Source of the DNA: a candidate division FCPU426 bacterium
Lineage (GTDB): Bacteria > Oederibacteriota > Muellerivitia > Muellerivitales > Muellerivitaceae
DNA length: 64,000 nt
Reading direction: 5' to 3'
NCBI GenBank assembly: GCA_963847625.1
Contig: CAWKAR010000052.1
Location: forward strand, 32,001-96,000
A program made the translations under genes and the position numbers. The first letter of the stretch is position 1. Each line of letters begins with the position of its first letter. The notes under the pieces are model-generated. The model worked only from the letters and a program-made list of their open reading frames with translations. It had not been told where the DNA came from and made no database searches. This document shows, one piece after another, positions 59,380 through 64,000 of the stretch.

Positions 59380-60420
59380 ATGAAAGCTGTCATTATTGTC
59401 GGAGGGCAGGGAACCCGCATGCGGCCCCTGACCGACCATCTTCCCAAGAACATCGCGCCCCTTTGCGGCGTGCCTTTTTTGACCTATCCGATCGAATTTT
59501 TAAAAAAGGCCGGGATTTCCGACATCGTTTTTTCCATTGGTTACCGCTCTGACGATATCCAACGCACTTACCGGGATGGAAAGCGCCTGGGGGTTCGGAT
59601 CCGTTACGCCTTGGAGGATACCCCTTTGGGGACAGCCGGGGCGGTCAAGAACGCGGAAAAATTCGTCAAGGGATCCCCTGTGGTGGTGATGAACGGCGAC
59701 ATCTTGACGGATATTCCCTTGAAAAAAATGATCGCGTTCCACCGCATGGCAAAAAACATCGCTTCCATAGGGTTGGTCCGGGTTCCTGATCCCACGCCTT
59801 ATGGATTGGTTTTAATTGATAAAAAAGGACGTATCTTTAAGTTCATTGAAAAGCCTTCCAAGGAGGAAGCAGTAACCAACACCATTAATTCGGGCATCTA
59901 TATTTTTGAACCGGAAGTTTTCAGCTTTATTCCGGATGGTATCCCTTATTCCTCGGAACACGCTCTCTTTCCGGGACTTTTGGAGGCGAAAAAATCCTTT
60001 GGCGGGTACGTGTGGAACGGCTATTGGCAGGACATCGGAACACCCAGGAAATACCTGACCACCCATTGGGATGTTTTGAAAGGGACTTTTCCTGTTTTCG
60101 CGAAATTGAAGCGTAAACCCGGCAAGTTATATGTCGGAAAAAAGGTAAAAATCGGGAAAAATGTTACTTTAAAGGGCCCGGCTATCCTGGAGGATGGATG
60201 TGTTCTTCAAGACAAGGCAAAGGTCCTTCCTTATGCCGTTTTGGGTAAGAATTGCGTGATAGGCGAAGGAAGCTCGATTGAAAAAAGCGTGTTTTGGGAC
60301 GGGGTGCAAATAGGGAATCAAGTTCAACTTAAAGAAGTGGTTTTGGGCCGTCGCTGTAAGATCCATGATGGCGCCGAGGTTCCCTTAGATCTCGTATTAG
60401 GGGATGACGCGCAAGTGTAA
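59380..60420 (+). CDS. NDP-sugar pyrophosphorylase (mannose-1-phosphate guanylyltransferase-like)
   Basis: GGQGTRMRPLT...PK, PLGTAG, NGDIL, EKP, WQDIGTP, left-handed beta-helix tail. Confidence 0.9.
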   Translation: MKAVIIVGGQGTRMRPLTDHLPKNIAPLCGVPFLTYPIEFLKKAGISDIVFSIGYRSDDIQRTYRDGKRLGVRIRYALEDTPLGTAGAVKNAEKFVKGSPVVVMNGDILTDIPLKKMIAFHRMAKNIASIGLVRVPDPTPYGLVLIDKKGRIFKFIEKPSKEEAVTNTINSGIYIFEPEVFSFIPDGIPYSSEHALFPGLLEAKKSFGGYVWNGYWQDIGTPRKYLTTHWDVLKGTFPVFAKLKRKPGKLYVGKKVKIGKNVTLKGPAILEDGCVLQDKAKVLPYAVLGKNCVIGEGSSIEKSVFWDGVQIGNQVQLKEVVLGRRCKIHDGAEVPLDLVLGDDAQV

Positions 60421-60494
60421 TGTGGATTCAAGTAGGTGAGTGGAGCAATAAAGTCAGACTGCCGGTTTAAATTCCATCTTTAAAAAAGGTCATC

Positions 60495-62114
60495 ATGAAA
60501 TACTTTTTCCTACTCGTATTATTTCCGGTCTCCAACCTCTGGGCAACACCCCAGGGAAAAGCATTTGATCTTTATCCACCCGCTAACGACGCGACTCCCG
60601 TGGTCTATTCCAAGACCGCAAAACCTTTCCAGTCTGATGGAAAAAACTGGAAATTCGCCTACGGGACACCGGTCACTATCACGATTGACGCGGGCCAAAC
60701 GCTCCGATCCGTGACCCCCTACCAATTCGGAAACAACGTGGCTTGGTGGGATTCCCGGACCTGGTTCCTCGATCCGGATCGTATTGAAAAGGCCAAACAG
60801 GCCGGCATCAAGTTCTGGCGTTGGCCCGGCGGAAGCTCCGCTGACATCTACCACTGGGACGGGGATTACCAGAGGGGCCCCAAGGACTCGAAGGACAATC
60901 TCTCCAATATGAACGCGGCCTGGGCCGTATCAACCGACAATTTCATCGATTTCTGCCGCCAAACGGGTTCGGAAGCCATCGTGACGATCAATTACGGAGC
61001 AGCGCGATATGAAAGCGTCCAATTCGCCGCCGACATGGCGGCCCGGTGGGTCAAGTACTTCAATCTCGAGAAAAAGTTCAAGGTCCGCTATTGGGAGATC
61101 GGAAACGAGAATTATGGTCCATGGGAGGAAGGAAACAAAATTGAGGGCAAAGCCCAATTGACGGGTGAGGATTATGGAAAGGATTTCCCGGTCATCGCGG
61201 ACGCCATGCGTAAGGTGGACCCGGATCTATTTATCGGGGCGGTGGCCGTGGACATGGACAGCGGGGACGATTGGAGTGGTTATCACTGGTGGATGAAAGG
61301 CCTCCTACCCGAGCTCCAGGGAAAGGCGGACTACTTGATCCTCCACCAGTATTTCATGTGGCCCTTCTCCGGTGACACTTATACCAACCCCAGCGACGAA
61401 GTCCTATTAGGCAACCTACATAAACTGGCGGACGCTAAAAGCGCGACCGACCAGATGGTCGAAAAGTACGCCGAAAAGGAGAAGGGCATCCCGATCGCCT
61501 TGACGGAATTCAACATCAGCAATGGTAACGATTCGGGCGTTCCACCCCAAACGATCGAGTTAATCAACGGCTTGTTTATCTCGGAAGTGCTGGGGGAAAG
61601 CCTGAAAAGCGGATATGTCGCCTCCAACTATTGGGATTGGAAAAACGGATTAGGCAAGACTCTCAAAGGCGATCATGCCCTTTTGGCGTCGGGCGACCCG
61701 TCGACGACGGATGGGACTCCCCGACCCTCCTACTACTCCTACGCCCTCTTTTCCCGGGCCTTCGGCGACAGGCTGATGCCAGCCGATAGCTCCGACTCAA
61801 CGCTGAGGGTTTATGCCAGCCGTTTTTCAAGCGGTGAACTGGGTTTGGTTTTCGTAAATGAAAGTGACAAGAATAAAACAGCGGTTTTTTCCCTGAAAAG
61901 CTTTATTCCCAAAGGAAAGCTCATGGGTTGGGTTTTAACGGGGAAGAGTTTGGATGAAACCCAGGTTTCATGGAATGGGGTGGAGGGCCCCCTCGGCGGA
62001 GGAGGGCCTTTTCCAATTGATTATATTCCACCTTATCGGGTGTCATTCAAGACGGACAAGCCTTTGCAATTGGCTATCCAGGCCCGGTCGGTGACCGGGG
62101 TGATTTTGTATTAA
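60495..62114 (+). CDS. Secreted clan GH-A glycoside hydrolase (GH51/GH44/GH79-like)
   Basis: Signal peptide; RWPGGSSAD.YHW; WEIGNE acid/base; LTEFN nucleophile. Confidence 0.8.
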   Translation: MKYFFLLVLFPVSNLWATPQGKAFDLYPPANDATPVVYSKTAKPFQSDGKNWKFAYGTPVTITIDAGQTLRSVTPYQFGNNVAWWDSRTWFLDPDRIEKAKQAGIKFWRWPGGSSADIYHWDGDYQRGPKDSKDNLSNMNAAWAVSTDNFIDFCRQTGSEAIVTINYGAARYESVQFAADMAARWVKYFNLEKKFKVRYWEIGNENYGPWEEGNKIEGKAQLTGEDYGKDFPVIADAMRKVDPDLFIGAVAVDMDSGDDWSGYHWWMKGLLPELQGKADYLILHQYFMWPFSGDTYTNPSDEVLLGNLHKLADAKSATDQMVEKYAEKEKGIPIALTEFNISNGNDSGVPPQTIELINGLFISEVLGESLKSGYVASNYWDWKNGLGKTLKGDHALLASGDPSTTDGTPRPSYYSYALFSRAFGDRLMPADSSDSTLRVYASRFSSGELGLVFVNESDKNKTAVFSLKSFIPKGKLMGWVLTGKSLDETQVSWNGVEGPLGGGGPFPIDYIPPYRVSFKTDKPLQLAIQARSVTGVILY

Positions 62115-62240
62115 AACATCGGGGCCAGGCCGAAAAAGCCGGCAGAGAAAGCCTGAAACCGGTGAATAAAAGGGATTTTGATAAAACTAAATCCCCATGC
62201 GCCTTAAAACCTTTTGGCCGTTGAGGGAAACTTTTGGACA

Positions 62241-62269
62241 TTGACGGGTTCTGCACCCTCCCTTAAAAT
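62241..62269 (+). promoter_or_regulatory. Putative sigma70 promoter
   Basis: TTGACG-N17-TAAAAT upstream of the TPR gene. Confidence 0.6.
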
Positions 62270-62319
62270 CGGTTCTCCAAATGTTTAAGCCGCCTCTTGA
62301 AAACCTCAAAGGAGCGAGA

Positions 62320-63609
62320 ATGCCCTTTCCACCAAGTAAAAGATCAATGATTACCCCCCGTTTTGCCCTGTTGGTCTTGGGTTTAATCTTTCTATCATCG
62401 ATTGCCCGGGCTGCCCTCGACAGCCAGTATTATACCGACAAAGGGAATGTTTACTTAAAAGAGGGAAAAACAGAGATTGCCATTAAATATTTCCGGGACG
62501 CGGTGGAGCGTGATCCCTACAACGTGGAAGCCCGGAACAACCTGGGCAAACTTTACGCCAAGAAAAACATGATGGACGAGGCCCTTGAACAGTTTGACAA
62601 AGCCCTCCAAGTTCAACCCAATTATGTCGTCGCCATTTCCAATAAGGCCTTTGTTTACCTCCAGCGCCGGGATTATCCGGACGCAGTCAAGTATTCCCAG
62701 AAGGCTTTGGCGATCGACCCTGGATTCGGGTCCGCCCATTACAACCTGGGGATGACATATTTTTCCCTGAAACAATATTCCGCCGCCATTCCGGAGCTCA
62801 AAAAAGCTGTTGATGCCTTTCCCGACAACTCCGAGGTCTACGAAAGGTTGGGGGACGCTTACGAGGCCCAATCCCTCCATGAGGACGCAATCGCCTATTA
62901 CCGCCAATCCCTCAGGGCCAACCCCGTGAACACTTCCGTCCGTTCCAAGCTGGGTGATATGTACCTGGACCGGGGGGACGAGGCAAAAGCGGTAGAACAG
63001 TACAAAGCGACGGTTGACTTGAATAACACCAATATCCTCGCTCATTACCGCTTGGCCGACCATTATGCCGGGTTCCGCGATTGGGACAATGCACGCAAGG
63101 AATATTTGATTATCCTGGCGTTGGATGACAAGGAATCGGAAGCCCATAAGGAAGTGGCCAGAATTTACGAGCGGTACGAGGAAATGGGGCTGGCCCTTTA
63201 TCATTGGCGGAAGTATTCCGCCTTGGTTCCCGGAGACAAAACCGTCCAATTGCACGTCATCCAACTCAGCAAACCCATGGTTTCCAAGAAAGAAGCGGAG
63301 AAATTGTCGGCCCAAGAAAAGATCCTGCTTCAACAAACCCCGGAAACCAATTCGCCCTCGGTTTTACCGGGTGCGGCGGCCACCGACAACACGCAAACCG
63401 AAAATGCCCCTTCCGACCAGGCTTCCTCCGACGGTCTCCAACCCTTACCGGTTGAAAAAGGTAAATCTGCCGTGGTGACCAAAGTCCAACCCGCCCCTCC
63501 ACCGGTAGGTTCTAGCGCTTTTTTAACCCCGACCCCTTCTGCCCAACTGATTCCGGTGGAGATCCTTCCACCCACCCCGACTCCGGAAATGGGAGTTCTC
63601 CCCCAATAA
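62320..63609 (+). CDS. Exported TPR-repeat protein with Pro/Thr-rich C-terminal tail
   Basis: AAAGGAG SD before ATG 62320; signal peptide ending ARA; about 8 TPRs; tail with TPTP motifs. Confidence 0.88.
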   Translation: MPFPPSKRSMITPRFALLVLGLIFLSSIARAALDSQYYTDKGNVYLKEGKTEIAIKYFRDAVERDPYNVEARNNLGKLYAKKNMMDEALEQFDKALQVQPNYVVAISNKAFVYLQRRDYPDAVKYSQKALAIDPGFGSAHYNLGMTYFSLKQYSAAIPELKKAVDAFPDNSEVYERLGDAYEAQSLHEDAIAYYRQSLRANPVNTSVRSKLGDMYLDRGDEAKAVEQYKATVDLNNTNILAHYRLADHYAGFRDWDNARKEYLIILALDDKESEAHKEVARIYERYEEMGLALYHWRKYSALVPGDKTVQLHVIQLSKPMVSKKEAEKLSAQEKILLQQTPETNSPSVLPGAAATDNTQTENAPSDQASSDGLQPLPVEKGKSAVVTKVQPAPPPVGSSAFLTPTPSAQLIPVEILPPTPTPEMGVLPQ

Positions 63610-63905
63610 TTGCGGTTTTTTTCGGATAGGTTTTCAAAAATATTCGCATCACAACCCTTGCCTTGTACGGTCATCCATCTATGCATTAAATAGAGCTTTG
63701 GCGTTTCCGTCTCCACCCATGGATCTAAACGCTTTTTATCGGCTTATGCGGCGGGTGGGTTGAATAAACCGAAAGGATGTCCTGGTTTATGGAAAATTTA
63801 ATATGGAGAGGCTTCATTGTCCTTATTCACCCGGCTGAACCGTTTCATCCGAATTGAAAAATACCACCATCTATCCTCAAAAGCTTTTCTCACTAGGAGG
63901 GAGGA

Positions 63906-64000
63906 ATGAATTTCGCCATCATCCTGCCGGTTTACAACGAGGCTCCTACCTTAGAGCGCGTGCTTCGCAAACTTACCGAGTTCAAGGAAGCCGACGTGGT
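63906..64000 (+). CDS. 5' end of a GT2 glycosyltransferase (runs off the window)
   Basis: GGAGG SD; MNFAIILPVYNEAPTLERVLRKLTEFKEADVV. Confidence 0.8.
   Translation, partial: MNFAIILPVYNEAPTLERVLRKLTEFKEADV

Noticed and set aside
63610..63900. Structured ncRNA such as 6S RNA
   Set aside because: Only a short imperfect pairing (GGGTTGAATAA / TTATTCACCC) was seen; not enough to call

Overview
Chromosomal window from an unidentified diderm bacterium (it carries a TonB-dependent receptor). From left to right: (1) 1-7.8 kb is a metal-uptake region with two ZnuABC-type ABC modules, nikR, a clear NikR-type operator, a TonB-dependent receptor, a SAM methyltransferase and a decayed umuC fragment. (2) At 8100-8144 lies the displaced 3' half of tRNA-Thr(TGT), broken exactly at the anticodon loop and preceded by att-like repeats, so region 1 probably sits in an island integrated in that tRNA. 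(3) A spread-out tRNA-Tyr/Gly/Thr-tuf-rpmG-tRNA-Trp-secE-nusG-rplKAJL cluster follows, with L1 and L10 leader RNAs and no rpoBC after it. (4) tmk-holB-(AT-rich ORF)-metG-(palindromic REP-like element)-tatD. (5) A ~600-bp hierarchical G-rich tandem array between the convergent tatD and dapL. (6) trpDCF-TPR-trpBA-accD-folC. (7) An O-antigen-ligase-like gene and an orphan sugar ABC ATPase. (8) A ~28-kb mosaic surface-glycan region with two flippases, many glycosyltransferases, pseudogene scars, WcaJ, a clan GH-A hydrolase and a TPR protein. No CRISPR, integrase or transposase is visible. The most unusual signals are the att architecture at 7.9-8.15 kb, the 28-bp array at 23.1-23.65 kb and the NikR regulon with a His-less binding protein. 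All calls come from manual reading; no searches were run.
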